Position numbers and translations under genes: made by a program
Notes under the pieces: model-generated
Told to the model about the DNA's origin: nothing
The model's database searches: none
Seen by the model: only the letters and a program-made list of their open reading frames with translations
DNA from: Oscillospiraceae bacterium
GTDB lineage: Bacteria > Bacillota > Clostridia > Oscillospirales > Oscillospiraceae
NCBI GenBank assembly: GCA_017416685.1
Contig: JAFQBN010000012.1
Coordinates: 59,950 to 123,949 of the forward strand
Reading direction: 5' to 3'
Length of the DNA stretch: 64,000 nucleotides
Part shown: piece after piece, positions 1 to 11,179 of the stretch
Numbering within the stretch: the stretch's first letter is position 1
Layout of the letters: each line of letters opens with the position of its first letter

Positions 1-135
1 CAGTGCAATCTGGCCTTCATCAATGGCAGCCAGATGCGCGATGCTATTCAGGGTTACTACGAGATCCTGTTTGAAGCCGACCCCGCCTCCATCGGCGGCG
101 GTATCCCCGACGATGCGTTCTACTATATCCCCTAA
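1..135 (+). CDS. 3' end of an ABC transporter substrate-binding protein (NitT/TauT type), truncated by the window edge
   Basis: Frame 1 reads [44 protein letters not shown] and overlaps the permease start; the C-terminal 'IGG.IPDD.FYY' is typical of this family. Confidence 0.75.
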   Translation, partial: QCNLAFINGSQMRDAIQGYYEILFEADPASIGGGIPDDAFYYIP

Positions 136-877
136 GGGCTTTTTCCGGGCCGCAGCAGCCGTCCTCTTCTGGCTGCTGGTGTGGCAGGCTGCAGCCCTGC
201 TGGTCGGGTTTGAACTTCTCCTGCCCGCTCCGCTGACCGTGTTTGCCCGGCTGGGCGAATTGGCTGTGACCACCCAGTTCTGGCAGACCGCCCTGCTGAG
301 CCTGGGCCGTGTGGCCCTGGGCCTTGTGTGGGGCATCGTCCTGGGCGTGGTGCTGGCGGCACTCAGCTGCACCTTCCGCTGGGCAGACACCCTTGTGTCT
401 CCCGCCGTGGGTGTGGTTCGTGCCACCCCCGTGGCCTCCTTCATCCTGTTGGTGCTGCTGTGGACTCAGCGGGGACAGGTCCCCGTCATCATCGCTGCTC
501 TGATGGTGCTTCCCATCGTGTACGGCAACGTGACCCGGGGCATCCGGGAAACCGACCCCAAACTGCTGGAACTGGCCCGGGCCTATCGCTTCTCCCGGTG
601 GAAAACCGTCCGTTTGGTCATTCTGCCCGGCGTGCGGCCCTACTTCTTCAGTGCGGTGACCACCGCGCTGGGCCTTGCATGGAAGTCGGGTGTGGCGGCG
701 GAGGCCCTGTGCTGGCCCAAAGTGGCCATCGGCACCGAGATTTACTACACCAAGCTGAATTTCGAGACCGCCGACCTGTTCGCGTGGACGCTGGTGGTCA
801 TCCTGCTCAGCCTTGGCTTGGAGCGGCTTGTCTCCCTCGCCGTCCGCACCGCAGAAAGGAGGGGGCAGCATGATTGA
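113..877 (+). CDS. ABC transporter permease (NitT/TauT/SsuC type)
   Basis: Hydrophobic ORF with an EAA-like loop ([27 protein letters not shown]); ATG at 113 chosen over 23; overlaps the ATPase start. Confidence 0.85.
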   Translation: MRSTISPKGFFRAAAAVLFWLLVWQAAALLVGFELLLPAPLTVFARLGELAVTTQFWQTALLSLGRVALGLVWGIVLGVVLAALSCTFRWADTLVSPAVGVVRATPVASFILLVLLWTQRGQVPVIIAALMVLPIVYGNVTRGIRETDPKLLELARAYRFSRWKTVRLVILPGVRPYFFSAVTTALGLAWKSGVAAEALCWPKVAIGTEIYYTKLNFETADLFAWTLVVILLSLGLERLVSLAVRTAERRGQHD

Positions 878-1454
878 GCTCAGGCACGTGCGTGCCGCTT
901 ACGGAGAGAAACCGGTGCTGGTCGATTTCTCCCTCACCCTGCCCGAGTCCGGCGTGACCGTGCTGTCCGGCCCCTCCGGCTGCGGAAAGACCACCCTGCT
1001 GCGCCTGCTGGCGGGTCTGGAGCTGCCGCAAAGCGGCACCATTTCCGGCATCGACCCCAAACGCACCACCGTGCTGTTTCAGGAAGACCGGCTCTTTCCC
1101 CACCGCACCGTGGCCCAGCATCTAACTGACGTACTGCCCCGAAATCGGCAGAACGAGCTTGATGATTGGCTTCGCTTTGCCGAACTGAGCGGGGAAGCCA
1201 ATCAACTGCCCTGCCAGCTGTCCGGCGGCATGTGCCGCCGACTGGCTCTGGCCCGCGCCCTGGCTCTGGGCGGCAACCTCTACCTGTTGGACGAGCCGTT
1301 CACCGGCATCGACCTGCCCCGTCGGCGCAGGCTGATGACAGCGCTGCGCGACCTGAAGGCTCCTGTGGTACTGGTCAGTCATGAGCCGGAGATCGCGGAG
1401 CTGGCCGACCATGTCATAGGACTGGACGGTCCTCCCTTACAAGTAAAATTGTGA
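870..1454 (+). CDS. ABC transporter ATP-binding protein
   Basis: Walker [10 protein letters not shown], signature LSGGM, Walker B LLDEPF, H-loop VSHE. Confidence 0.9.
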   Translation: MIELRHVRAAYGEKPVLVDFSLTLPESGVTVLSGPSGCGKTTLLRLLAGLELPQSGTISGIDPKRTTVLFQEDRLFPHRTVAQHLTDVLPRNRQNELDDWLRFAELSGEANQLPCQLSGGMCRRLALARALALGGNLYLLDEPFTGIDLPRRRRLMTALRDLKAPVVLVSHEPEIAELADHVIGLDGPPLQVKL

Positions 1455-1456
1455 TG

Positions 1457-1493
1457 AAAAATCCGCAGCCGCCTGCCCGGCTGCGGATTTTTT
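1457..1493 (+). terminator. Rho-independent terminator
   Basis: AAAAATCCGCAGCCG-cctgcc-CGGCTGCGGATTTTT perfect stem with T tract. Confidence 0.85.
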
Positions 1494-1581
1494 GTCTTTT
1501 TCTTAATATAATGTATAAAAAGGCTTGCACCGGCTTATGTTTTATGGTATAGTACTGGTGTAATTTAAGGTAGTATTGGAC

Positions 1582-1610
1582 AGAGTGGGGTTTCGGCTCC
1601 GCTCTTTTTG
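1582..1610 (+). promoter_or_regulatory. rimP/nusA operon leader hairpin (attenuator-like)
   Basis: AGAGTGGGG-tttcgg-CTCCGCTCT-TTTT between a TTGCAC..TGgTATAGT promoter (1525-1552) and rimP. Confidence 0.6.
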
Positions 1611-1657
1611 ATTGAAAAAATCGGCTGCCAAGGCAGCCGGAACAGGAGGTCTTGCCC

Positions 1658-2116
1658 ATGGCAAAGGTCACCGACCTGACCGCACAGCTGGCTCAGCCGC
1701 TGGTGGAGCAGGCAGGCTGCACCCTCTGGGACGTGGAGTACGTCAAGGAGGCCGGCAGCTGGTTTTTGCGCATCTATATCGACAAAGAGGGCGGCGTATC
1801 CATTGAGGATTGCGAGGCGGTCTCCCGCCCCCTGTCCGACAAGCTGGACGAGGTCGACCCCATTGAGGGCAGCTACACGCTGGAGGTGTCCTCCGCCGGT
1901 GCTGACCGCGCCCTGAAAAAGCCGGAACAGTTCCGGCAGTTCATCGGCACCGAGGTGGAGGTCAGGCTCTACCGCCCCCGCGACGGCCGCAAGGAACATG
2001 TTGGCATCCTGACCGAGTACGGCGAGGACGGCTCCGTCACGCTGGACTGCGCCGGTGTCACCACCACATTCGAGAAAAAAGAGATGGCACAGGTTCGCCT
2101 GTACGTCTCCTTCTAA
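1658..2116 (+). CDS. rimP: Ribosome maturation factor RimP
   Basis: LWDVEYVKE..LRIYIDKEGGVSIEDCEAVSR..Y.LEVSSAG; first gene of the nusA-infB operon. Confidence 0.95.
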   Translation: MAKVTDLTAQLAQPLVEQAGCTLWDVEYVKEAGSWFLRIYIDKEGGVSIEDCEAVSRPLSDKLDEVDPIEGSYTLEVSSAGADRALKKPEQFRQFIGTEVEVRLYRPRDGRKEHVGILTEYGEDGSVTLDCAGVTTTFEKKEMAQVRLYVSF

Positions 2117-2129
2117 TGGAGGAATTACT

Positions 2130-3260
2130 ATGGCTAAGAGAACCACCAAGAAGGCCGCTAGCGCCGAGATGGACGGCAAGGAGTTTTTTGCCGCCATCGC
2201 ACAGATCGAAAAGGAAAAGGGCATCAAGCCCGGCTACATGATGGAAAAGATCACCCAGGCCATGCTGTCCGCCTATCGGCGCGACCATGAGGGCGTGGGC
2301 GACAACCTCACCATGGAGACCGATGAGGAAAAGGGCACCGTGCGCATGTTCCTGAAAAAGGACGTGGTGGAGACGGTGGATAACCCCGGTACTGAGATCA
2401 GCCTGGAAGAGGCGCAGCTGGCCCTGCCCCGCGCCCAGCTGGGCGACGTGATCCGCATGGAGATCAAGCCCAAAAACTTCGGCCGCATCGCCGCCCAGAC
2501 CGCCCGTCAGGTCATCATTCAGGGCATCCGCGAGGCCGAGCAGGGCATGATCTACGACGAGTTCACCTCCAAGGAACACGAGATCCTCACCGGCATCGTC
2601 ACCCGGGTGGATCCCCGCACCGGCGCCATCTCCCTGCGCATCACCAGCGGCGGCGAATACACCGACGCCTACCTGACCGCCAATGAGCAGGTCAAGGGCG
2701 AGAGCTACGGCGAGGGTTCCCGTCTGAAGGTCTACGTGGTGGAAGTGCGCAAGGCCACCCGCGGTCCTCAGGTACTCATCTCCCGCACCCATCCGGGCCT
2801 TGTCAAGCGCCTGTTCGAGCTGGAAGTGCCTGAGATCTACGACGGCACCGTGGAAGTCAAGTCCATCGCCCGTGAGGCCGGCAGCCGCACCAAGCTGGCT
2901 GTATGGTCCGCTGATCCCAACGTGGATCCCATCGGTGCCTGCGTGGGTCCCCGCGGCGCCCGTGTGAACAACATTGTGGCCGAGCTCAAGGGCGAGAAGG
3001 TGGACATCATCAAGTTCTCCGACGACCCCGCCGAGTATATTGCCGCCGCCCTGTCCCCCGCCGACGTCATCAGCGTCACCGTGCTGGAGGAGGGCAAGAG
3101 CTGCCGTGTCATCGTCCCCGACGACCAGCTGTCTCTGGCCATCGGTAAGGAGGGCCAAAACGCCCGTCTGGCCGCCAAGCTCACCGGCTGGAAAATCGAT
3201 ATCAAGCCCGAGTCCGCTCCCGAGGAGGAACTCTCCCCCGCCGAGGACGAGGCTGAATAA
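2130..3260 (+). CDS. nusA: Transcription termination/antitermination factor NusA
   Basis: [16 protein letters not shown]1 and KH motifs ([38 protein letters not shown]). Confidence 0.97.
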   Translation: MAKRTTKKAASAEMDGKEFFAAIAQIEKEKGIKPGYMMEKITQAMLSAYRRDHEGVGDNLTMETDEEKGTVRMFLKKDVVETVDNPGTEISLEEAQLALPRAQLGDVIRMEIKPKNFGRIAAQTARQVIIQGIREAEQGMIYDEFTSKEHEILTGIVTRVDPRTGAISLRITSGGEYTDAYLTANEQVKGESYGEGSRLKVYVVEVRKATRGPQVLISRTHPGLVKRLFELEVPEIYDGTVEVKSIAREAGSRTKLAVWSADPNVDPIGACVGPRGARVNNIVAELKGEKVDIIKFSDDPAEYIAAALSPADVISVTVLEEGKSCRVIVPDDQLSLAIGKEGQNARLAAKLTGWKIDIKPESAPEEELSPAEDEAE

Positions 3261-3295
3261 TCCCTTTTCACTTCAAATGCAGGGAGGTGTCCCAT

Positions 3296-3574
3296 ATGCC
3301 GAAGAAAATACCCATGCGTCAGTGCCTTGGCTGCCGTGAAATGCTGCCCAAAAAAGAGCTGATCCGCGTGGTGCGCTCTCCCGAGGGCGAGGTCAGCCTT
3401 GACTTCAGGGGCAAGCTGCCCGGCCGGGGCGCCTACGTGTGTCCCAGGCAGGAGTGCCTGGCGCGCGCCCGCAAATCCCGGGCGCTGGAGCGCGCATTTG
3501 AGCTGTCTCTGCCCGCAGAGGTCTACGACGCGCTGGAGGCACAGATGAAGGAGGTGCCCGCAGATGGCCAATGA
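3296..3574 (+). CDS. ylxR: YlxR (RnpM) family RNA-binding protein
   Basis: [29 protein letters not shown]; canonical position after nusA. Confidence 0.92.
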   Translation: MPKKIPMRQCLGCREMLPKKELIRVVRSPEGEVSLDFRGKLPGRGAYVCPRQECLARARKSRALERAFELSLPAEVYDALEAQMKEVPADGQ

Positions 3575-4172
3575 CCCCATCTTACATCTCATCGGCCTTG
3601 CCAAAAAGGCCGGCCGTCTTGAAGTGGGGGATGAGCCTGTGGGCGCCGTGTGCCGCGCCCGTCAGGCCAAGCTGATTCTGGTGGCCGGCGATGCTGCCTC
3701 CAATACCTTCCGCCGTGCCGCCCATTTTGGCGAGGCGGGCAACGTGCTGTGGCTGTCCCTGCCCCACACAAAAGAGGAACTGGGTTTCACTCTGGGCCGC
3801 AGCAGCGTGGCTATGCTGGCCCTGACCGATGTCGGCTTCGCCGCCTCCATCGTTAAGAAACTGGCCGCCGCTGACCCGGAGAAATACGCTGCAGCTGCCG
3901 CCGCGCTGGATACCAAGGCCACCAAGGCCCTCCAGCGGCAGAAAGAACAGCGCCAGCATGAAAAAAACCTGCGCCAGGGCAAACACAAGCCCTGGGCCCC
4001 GCCCCCTCCCCCGAAAAAGGAGAATCCAACCGTGGAGAAGAAACCCGCTCCCAAGTCCGCAGTCCCATCCCGCAAGCCGGGTCCGGTGGGTCGGCGCATG
4101 AGCGGCAAGATCGTCCGCTCCAACCCCGTAAACAAAGCACAGGAACCTAAGAATCGAGGTGGCTTTCAATGA
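3564..4172 (+). CDS. ylxQ: L7Ae/YlxQ family RNA-binding protein with ~95-aa C-terminal extension
   Basis: [37 protein letters not shown]; canonical position before infB. Confidence 0.85.
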   Translation: MANDPILHLIGLAKKAGRLEVGDEPVGAVCRARQAKLILVAGDAASNTFRRAAHFGEAGNVLWLSLPHTKEELGFTLGRSSVAMLALTDVGFAASIVKKLAAADPEKYAAAAAALDTKATKALQRQKEQRQHEKNLRQGKHKPWAPPPPPKKENPTVEKKPAPKSAVPSRKPGPVGRRMSGKIVRSNPVNKAQEPKNRGGFQ

Positions 4173-6493
4173 TTAAATACCGCGTCCATGAAGTGGCAAA
4201 GGACTTCAAACTCAACTCCAAGGACATCGCCGAGATCATGACCAAGTATACCGAAACTCCCAAAAACCATATGCAGGTGCTGGGCGATTTCGAACTGGCC
4301 GTCATTTTCGAGGCCATCACCCAGCGCAACCAGATCGAGTCCATCGAGAGCATCTTTGCCGACGTGTACCACGAGCCCAAGGCGGCCGAACCCGCTCCCG
4401 CTGAGGAGAAGCCCGCCGAAAAGCAGGCCGATGCTCCCGCCAAGGCCGCGCAGTCCAAAGCTGAGGTCAAGGCCGAACCCAAGCAGGAGCAGAAACTTCA
4501 GCAGCCCACCACCCGCGTACCCGAAAAAAAGGTCGTCGACACCCGCAAGGGCGGCAACGTCAACCTCGACAAGTACGACGAGCGTCTGGAGAACTTCACC
4601 GACCAGCGTCATCAGGACCGGGGCGGTAAGCAGAAGATCCAGAAGGGCGGCAAGCAGGGCCGTCAGCCCCAGTTCGGCAACAAGCGCAAGCAGGAGGAGG
4701 CCGAAAAGCTCCGCCGTCTGCAGCTTGAGATCGCCAAAAAGACTCCCCTCACCGTCAAGATCCCCGACGAGATTGCCGTGGGCGAGCTGGCCAGCCGCAT
4801 GAAGAAGACCGGTGCCGAGGTGGTCAAGTGCCTGATGATGAACGGCGTTATGGCCTCCCTGAGCGAGATCATCGACTTCGACACCGCCGCCTTCGTAGCC
4901 GAGGAACTGGGCTGCAAGGTAGAGAAAGAAGTCATCGTCACCATCGAGGAGAAGCTCATCGACGTGTCCGAGGATAAGGACGAGGATCTGCAGGACCGCG
5001 CCCCCGTGGTAGTTGTCATGGGTCACGTGGACCACGGCAAGACCTCCCTGCTGGACTACATCCGCAACGCCAACGTCGTTTCCGGCGAGGCCGGCGGTAT
5101 CACCCAGCACATCGGCGCCTATCAGGTAGAGGTGAACGGCAAGCCCATCACCTTCCTGGACACCCCCGGTCACGAGGCCTTTACCGCCATGCGCGCCCGC
5201 GGTGCCATGATCACCGACGTAGCCATTCTGGTGGTGGCCGCCGACGACGGCATCATGCCCCAGACCGTGGAGTCTATCAACCACGCCAAGGCCGCCGAGA
5301 TCCCCCTGATCGTCGCCGTCAACAAGATGGATAAGCCCACCGCCAACCCCGACCGCATCATGCAGCAGCTGACCGAGTACGAGCTAGTGCCCGAGGAGTG
5401 GGGCGGCGACACCATTATCTGCCCCATCTCTGCCAAGACCGGCATGGGCATCGACAACCTGCTGGACATGGTCACCCTGACCGCCGAGATGCGCGAGCTG
5501 AAGGCCAACCCCAACCGCACCGCTCACGGTGCGGTCATCGAGGCCCGTCTGGACAAGGGCCGCGGCCCTGTGGCCACCCTGTTGGTGCAGAACGGCACCC
5601 TGAAACAGGGCGACGTCATCATCGCCGGCACGGCTGTGGGCCGCGTGCGCGCCATGACCGATGCCAAGGGCAACAAGCTGACCCAGGCCGGCCCCTCCGT
5701 CCCCGTGGAGATCATCGGCATGAGCGAAGTGCCCGGTGCCGGTGACGACTTCCACGCCGTTGCCGATGAGCGCATGGCCCGCGAACTGGTGGAGCAGCGC
5801 AAGCACGAGCAGAAGGCCAACGTGGGCAGCAATGTGGGCAAGGTCACGCTGGAGGACCTGTTCAGCCAGATCCAGGCCGGCGACATGAAGAACCTGAACA
5901 TCATCGTCAAGGCCGATGTGCAGGGTTCTGCCGAGGCGGTCAAGGCCTCTTTGGAGAAGCTGACCAACGAGGAAGTCCGCGTGCGTGTCATCCACAGCGG
6001 CGTGGGCGCCATCAACGAGTCCGACGTCACTCTGGCCGCCACCGCCGGCGCCATCATCGTTGGCTTCAACGTCCGTCCCGACTCCAACGCCAAGGAAACT
6101 TCCGTCCGTCTGGATGTGGATATGCGTATGTACCGCGTGATTTACGATGCCATCAACGAGATCGAGGCCGCTATGAAGGGCATGCTGGCTCCCAAGTTCC
6201 GCGAAGTGGAGCTGGGCCGCGCCGAGGTGCGCAACGTCTTCCGCATCACCAACGTCGGCATGGTCGCCGGCTGCTACGTGGTGGATGGCAAGATGCAGCG
6301 CAACGCCCAAATGCGTCTGCTGCGCGACAACGTGGTCATCTACGACGGAGCCATCGCCTCCCTGCAGCGCTTCAAGGACAGCGTGAAGGAAGTGGCCTCC
6401 GGCTACGAATGTGGTATCACTTTTGAGAAGTTCCAGGATATTAAGGAAGGCGACATTATTGAGGCCTTCATTATGGAGCAAATCGAGGTATAA
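4169..6493 (+). CDS. infB: Translation initiation factor IF-2
   Basis: [34 protein letters not shown] motifs. Confidence 0.98.
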   Translation: MIKYRVHEVAKDFKLNSKDIAEIMTKYTETPKNHMQVLGDFELAVIFEAITQRNQIESIESIFADVYHEPKAAEPAPAEEKPAEKQADAPAKAAQSKAEVKAEPKQEQKLQQPTTRVPEKKVVDTRKGGNVNLDKYDERLENFTDQRHQDRGGKQKIQKGGKQGRQPQFGNKRKQEEAEKLRRLQLEIAKKTPLTVKIPDEIAVGELASRMKKTGAEVVKCLMMNGVMASLSEIIDFDTAAFVAEELGCKVEKEVIVTIEEKLIDVSEDKDEDLQDRAPVVVVMGHVDHGKTSLLDYIRNANVVSGEAGGITQHIGAYQVEVNGKPITFLDTPGHEAFTAMRARGAMITDVAILVVAADDGIMPQTVESINHAKAAEIPLIVAVNKMDKPTANPDRIMQQLTEYELVPEEWGGDTIICPISAKTGMGIDNLLDMVTLTAEMRELKANPNRTAHGAVIEARLDKGRGPVATLLVQNGTLKQGDVIIAGTAVGRVRAMTDAKGNKLTQAGPSVPVEIIGMSEVPGAGDDFHAVADERMARELVEQRKHEQKANVGSNVGKVTLEDLFSQIQAGDMKNLNIIVKADVQGSAEAVKASLEKLTNEEVRVRVIHSGVGAINESDVTLAATAGAIIVGFNVRPDSNAKETSVRLDVDMRMYRVIYDAINEIEAAMKGMLAPKFREVELGRAEVRNVFRITNVGMVAGCYVVDGKMQRNAQMRLLRDNVVIYDGAIASLQRFKDSVKEVASGYECGITFEKFQDIKEGDIIEAFIMEQIEV

Positions 6494-6511
6494 TCCAATA
6501 ACAGCACCATC

Positions 6512-6846
6512 GTTGGGGCGGGCGTTTCGCCCGCCCCAGTTTGTTTTGAAGTAACCTTATTTCGCCCTGCGGGGCGGGATGAGCTTGTTCCGCCCCCGGG
6601 CGGGTGTCTTTTGTAACGCCACAAAAGACACGAAAAGGGCGCATAGAAACCAATGGTTTCTATGTACTTCCTTTGGGCAACCTCCGTGGGGTCGCACCCA
6701 CACGGTCGGCGGATACCTCTGACCCATCCAGCGCCGATTAGGCTGCCGCATTGCGTACCATCTGCAAGTCTTTCTGTCTAACGAACTCCGCCGACTTGTA
6801 AGCAAACTTTAGGTTTTGCGTAGGGGGCGGCGTCCTCGACGCCCCG
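6512..6846. repeat. Highly structured intergenic element (REP/MITE-like)
   Basis: GC-rich palindromes at both ends (GTTG-GGGCGGGCGTTTCGCCCGCCC 6512-6537; GTAG-GGGGCGGCGTCCTCGACGCCCC from 6820) plus perfect 11-bp (6604-6631) and 10-bp (6642-6664) stems. Confidence 0.6.
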
Positions 6847-6895
6847 CCATATCTCTTATCTCATATCTTATACCTCAATTAAGGAGATTTTTACT

Positions 6896-7279
6896 ATGGC
6901 AAGCAATCGTATCGGCCGCATCAATGAGGAGATCCAGCGCGAGCTGTCCGATCTCATCCGCGCCGTCAAAGACCCCCGGGTGACCGGTCTGATCTCCGTC
7001 ACCGCGGTGGACACCACTCCCGATTTAAAATTCTGCAAGGTCTATATCAGCGTGCTGGACAAGAGCGACGTCAATCAGGTCCTCAAGGGTCTGAAGTCCG
7101 CCGCCGGCTGGCTGCGCCGGGAGCTGGGCCGCACTCTGAATCTGCGGGCCACTCCTGAGCTGACCTTCGTCCGGGACGACTCCATTGACCAGGGCGCTCA
7201 CATTCTGGACCTGCTGCGGGACCCCAATGTGGTCAAACCCGCCAACCCCGCCAACGAACACATCGTACTGGAGGACTGA
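6896..7279 (+). CDS. rbfA: Ribosome-binding factor A
   Basis: RIGRINEEIQRELS..KDPRV..TPDL..LNLRATPELTFVRD. Confidence 0.95.
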   Translation: MASNRIGRINEEIQRELSDLIRAVKDPRVTGLISVTAVDTTPDLKFCKVYISVLDKSDVNQVLKGLKSAAGWLRRELGRTLNLRATPELTFVRDDSIDQGAHILDLLRDPNVVKPANPANEHIVLED

Positions 7280-7281
7280 TT

Positions 7282-8244
7282 ATGGCTCAGCTGACCTGCG
7301 CCCAGGCGGCAGACCTGCTGCTTGGCTGGGACAACCTGCTCATCCTGACCCACGTGCGCCCGGACGGTGACACCGTGGGCTGCGCCGCCGGCCTGTGCCG
7401 CGCCCTGCGCGAGCAGGGAAAGACCGCCCACATCCTGCCCGACCCGGGTACCAGCGGCATGTTCACCGACTATCTGGAGGGTCTGCTGGCCCCCGCCGGA
7501 TTCACCCCGGACAAGGTAGTTGCGGTAGACATCGCTGCCCGCTCCATGTTCCACGAGGCTGCCAAGGCCTATTTGGACCGGGTGGACCTGACCATCGACC
7601 ACCACGGCTCTCAGGAATTCTACGCTGCCGACACCTGTGTGGAGCCTCACCGGGCCGCCTGTGGTGAGCTGATTTACGAAATCGTCCGCTGCTGGGGACC
7701 CATCAGCGCCGAGGTGGCCTTACCCCTCTATGTGGCGGTATCCACCGACTGCGGCTGCTTTGTGTACAGCAACACCAGTCCTGCCTGCCACCGGGTGGCT
7801 GCCGACCTTTTGGAATGCGGCATTGACTTCATGAGCGTCAACCGCCGTCACTTCCGGGCCAAGTCCTTCAAGCGTATGAAGCTGGAAAGCATGTTGGTGG
7901 ACAGCATGCAGCTGTTTGACAACGGCACCATGGCCATGGTCACCCTGACGCTGGACATGATGGACCAGTTGCAGGCTACCGAGGAGGACGTAGACAACAT
8001 CTCCGCCTTCGTGGGACAGGTGGCCGGTGTGAAAACCGGTATCACCGTGCGCCAGATGGAACCCAACTGCTGCAAGATCTCCGTGCGTACCTACCCCGCT
8101 GACCTCAACGCCAGCGAGGTGTGCGCCAGGCTGGGCGGCGGCGGTCACGTTGCGGCCGCCGGTGTCACCCTGAACATGGGCGTGCAGGAGTCCTGCGATG
8201 CCATCATCGGCGCCGTCCGCGCGGTGCAGAACGCCAGGGGGTGA
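7282..8244 (+). CDS. nrnA: DHH/DHHA1 family phosphoesterase (NrnA-like)
   Basis: [26 protein letters not shown] motifs. Confidence 0.9.
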   Translation: MAQLTCAQAADLLLGWDNLLILTHVRPDGDTVGCAAGLCRALREQGKTAHILPDPGTSGMFTDYLEGLLAPAGFTPDKVVAVDIAARSMFHEAAKAYLDRVDLTIDHHGSQEFYAADTCVEPHRAACGELIYEIVRCWGPISAEVALPLYVAVSTDCGCFVYSNTSPACHRVAADLLECGIDFMSVNRRHFRAKSFKRMKLESMLVDSMQLFDNGTMAMVTLTLDMMDQLQATEEDVDNISAFVGQVAGVKTGITVRQMEPNCCKISVRTYPADLNASEVCARLGGGGHVAAAGVTLNMGVQESCDAIIGAVRAVQNARG

Positions 8245-8248
8245 CCCC

Positions 8249-9118
8249 ATGCCAAACGGTATTATCATTATCGACAAACCCGCCGGTTGGACCAGCATGG
8301 ACGTATGTGCCAAGCTGCGCGGCATCCTGCGGGAAAAGCGGGTGGGCCACGCCGGCACCCTTGACCCTATGGCCACCGGCGTACTGCCGGTGTTCATCGG
8401 CCGGGCCACCCGGGCGGTGGAGTTCGCCGACAAGGGTGACAAGGAATACATTGCCGGATTAAAGCTGGGCCTCACCACCAACACACAGGACACCTCCGGC
8501 GAGGTGCTGGAACAGCATCCGGTTTCCGTAACGCCGGAGCAGCTGGAGGCCGTTCTCACTCAGTTCCGGGGGGATATTTTGCAGATCCCCCCCATGTACT
8601 CCGCCATCAAGATCAACGGCAAAAAGCTCTATGAGCTGGCCCGCAAGGGACGTCAGGTGGAGCGTCCCGCCCGCCCTGTCACCATCCATTCCCTGACGGT
8701 GGAGGGCCAGCCCGCCCCGGAGGAATTCATCCTGCGGGTGCGCTGCTCCAAGGGTACGTATGTGCGCACCCTCTGCCACGATATCGGTCAGGCACTGGGC
8801 TGCGGCGGCTGCATGAGCAGTCTGCGCCGCACCATGGCCGCCGGTTTCACCCTGGAGCAGGCCGTCACGCTGGAACAGGTTCAGGCCGCTGCCGACCCCG
8901 CTGCGCTGCTGCTTGGGACAGACAGTCTGTTTGCCCATCTGCCTGAACTGATCCTGTCCGAGGAACCTGAGCGCAAACTGCGCAACGGCATGACCCTTGT
9001 GATGCCCTGCGTTGCACCCGGTGAGTACCGGACTTACGGACAGGGCGGTGAGTTTCTGGCCCTGTGCCGCAGCGAAGGCGGCAAGCTGACCACGGTCAAA
9101 AGCTTTTTTAACGTCTGA
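8249..9118 (+). CDS. truB: tRNA pseudouridine(55) synthase TruB
   Basis: [41 protein letters not shown]. Confidence 0.97.
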   Translation: MPNGIIIIDKPAGWTSMDVCAKLRGILREKRVGHAGTLDPMATGVLPVFIGRATRAVEFADKGDKEYIAGLKLGLTTNTQDTSGEVLEQHPVSVTPEQLEAVLTQFRGDILQIPPMYSAIKINGKKLYELARKGRQVERPARPVTIHSLTVEGQPAPEEFILRVRCSKGTYVRTLCHDIGQALGCGGCMSSLRRTMAAGFTLEQAVTLEQVQAAADPAALLLGTDSLFAHLPELILSEEPERKLRNGMTLVMPCVAPGEYRTYGQGGEFLALCRSEGGKLTTVKSFFNV

Positions 9119-9143
9119 TTTCGCCGAGAGGAGGGCGACACCG

Positions 9144-10052
9144 ATGAATACCACTCCCCGCCGCGTGATCGCCCTAGGCTTTTTCGACGGCGTACACAAC
9201 GGCCACGGCGCCCTGCTGCGCCGCGTGACCCAACAAGCCGCCGGGCTGAACGCCATCCCCGCAGCCTTCACCTTCGACGTTCATCCGGAAAGCCTCATTT
9301 TTGGCCGGACCACTCCCACTCTGACCGATCTGCCCCAGCGCCGGGAGCTGATGGAGCGGCTGTACGGGATCCACGACGTGATCGTGGCCCACTATGACCA
9401 CGAATTCATGCGCACCCCGTGGCAGAATTTCATCACCGACTATCTGGTAGCTCAGTGGGGGGCCGTTCACCTTGTGGTAGGCCACGACTTCCGTTTCGGC
9501 TACCGGGGCGAGGGCAATCCTCAGCGGCTTATGCGGCTGTGTCAGGAACTGGGCCTCGGCTGCGACATCATCCAGCCTGTGGTTCAGGACGGCATTACCG
9601 TATCCTCCACCTACATCCGCACATTGGTGGCTCAGGGTGAGATGGAACGCGCCAACAGCTTCCTCGGTCATCCTCACGGCCTGTCCGGTACGGTGGCCCA
9701 CGGAAAAAAACTGGGCCGTGATTTGGGTTTCCCCACGGTCAACCTGACCTTCCCCGAAGGAGTCCTTGTCCCCGCCCGCGGTGTGTACGCTACCCGAGCA
9801 ACGGTAGACGGCAGCACGTACGATGCCGTGACCAACGTCGGGGTGCGCCCTACAGTGGATACCGAAGGCAGTGTCACCGCCGAGAGCTTCCTGCTGGACT
9901 TTGACGGCGATCTGTACGGCAAGACCCTGCGCCTTGACTTTTATAAATTCCTGCGCTCCGAGCAGCAGTTTTCAGATTTCGATGCCCTGCGCCGGGCCAT
10001 CGGAGAAAATGTGCAGCAGGCCCGGACTTATTTCCGATTTTCGGACAACTAA
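9144..10052 (+). CDS. ribF: Bifunctional riboflavin kinase/FAD synthetase
   Basis: GFFDGVHNGH, VGHDFRFG, VSSTYIR, GFPTVN, NVGVRPT. Confidence 0.95.
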   Translation: MNTTPRRVIALGFFDGVHNGHGALLRRVTQQAAGLNAIPAAFTFDVHPESLIFGRTTPTLTDLPQRRELMERLYGIHDVIVAHYDHEFMRTPWQNFITDYLVAQWGAVHLVVGHDFRFGYRGEGNPQRLMRLCQELGLGCDIIQPVVQDGITVSSTYIRTLVAQGEMERANSFLGHPHGLSGTVAHGKKLGRDLGFPTVNLTFPEGVLVPARGVYATRATVDGSTYDAVTNVGVRPTVDTEGSVTAESFLLDFDGDLYGKTLRLDFYKFLRSEQQFSDFDALRRAIGENVQQARTYFRFSDN

Positions 10053-10070
10053 CCCTGTCAGGAGGTTACT

Positions 10071-11174
10071 ATGGAACGGAAGACTTTTCGAAATACCGCG
10101 ACCCTCATCTGCCTTGCCGCAGTCCTGATCCTGCTGATCCTGCGGCTGGACGGCGTGCTGGCCATTCTGGGTCATATCGGCCACACGCTCAAGCCGGTCT
10201 TTTTCGGCTTTGCGCTGGCCTTCATTCTTTCCCGACCCTGCAATTTTTTCGAGCGGAACTACCGCCGCCTGCTGCCCCGGGCCAAGTCCGGTCTGACCAC
10301 GGCGCTGGCGGTCCTGACCTCCTATGTGCTGCTGCTGGTGATCATTGCCCTGATTTTCACCATGATCCTGCCTCAGCTGTACGAGAGTATCCGCGGCCTT
10401 GCCACCCGCATCTATGCCAACCTGCCCTCCATGCAGACCGCCTTTAACGACCTGCTGGCCCGCTTCAATTTGGACAGCACCGAGCTGGTATCCAAACTGC
10501 CCTCTCTGTCCGAACTGGCAGAGCGTTTGCTGGATGCCCTGTCTTCCACCCTGCCCCACCTGCTGTCCTTCACCGGCAGTCTGTTCTCCAGCTCCGTCGC
10601 CCTGATCACCTCGCTGGTACTCAGCGTGTACATGCTGGCCGGGCGCAGACGTCTGGTGGATCAGGCCGGGCGCATTCTGCGGGCCTACACCTCACCCGCC
10701 ATCGCCCGCACTACCGGCCGTATTGCCCAGCTGACTGCAGATACCTTCACCAACTTCGTCTCCGGCCAGCTTCTGGAGGCTGCCATTCTGGGTGTACTGT
10801 GCTTTATCGGTATGGTCATCCTGCGCCTGGCCTACGCCCCCCTCATCAGTGTCATCATTGCCGTCACCGCCATCATCCCCATCGCCGGCCCCTACATCGG
10901 TGCCGTGGTGTCCGCCCTGCTGCTGTTGATGGTCGCGCCCCCGCAGGCGTTGATCTTCCTGATTTTTATCGTTGTGCTGCAGCAGGTGGAGGGCAACCTC
11001 ATCTACCCCCGTGTGGTAGGCAGTTCCATCGGTCTGCCCGGACTTTGGGTGCTGCTTGCCGTGCTGATCGGCGGCGGCCTGTTCGGCCTTTTGGGCATGC
11101 TGCTGAGCGTTCCCGCCGTCTCCGTGTGCTACACCCTGCTGCGGCAGGATGTGAACACCCGATTGAAAGAGTGA
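10071..11174 (+). CDS. AI-2E family transporter
   Basis: Multi-TM; IPIAGPYIG..QQVEGNLIYPRVVG.SIGLP..G.L.G motif. Confidence 0.88.
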   Translation: MERKTFRNTATLICLAAVLILLILRLDGVLAILGHIGHTLKPVFFGFALAFILSRPCNFFERNYRRLLPRAKSGLTTALAVLTSYVLLLVIIALIFTMILPQLYESIRGLATRIYANLPSMQTAFNDLLARFNLDSTELVSKLPSLSELAERLLDALSSTLPHLLSFTGSLFSSSVALITSLVLSVYMLAGRRRLVDQAGRILRAYTSPAIARTTGRIAQLTADTFTNFVSGQLLEAAILGVLCFIGMVILRLAYAPLISVIIAVTAIIPIAGPYIGAVVSALLLLMVAPPQALIFLIFIVVLQQVEGNLIYPRVVGSSIGLPGLWVLLAVLIGGGLFGLLGMLLSVPAVSVCYTLLRQDVNTRLKE

Positions 11175-11179
11175 GTGCG

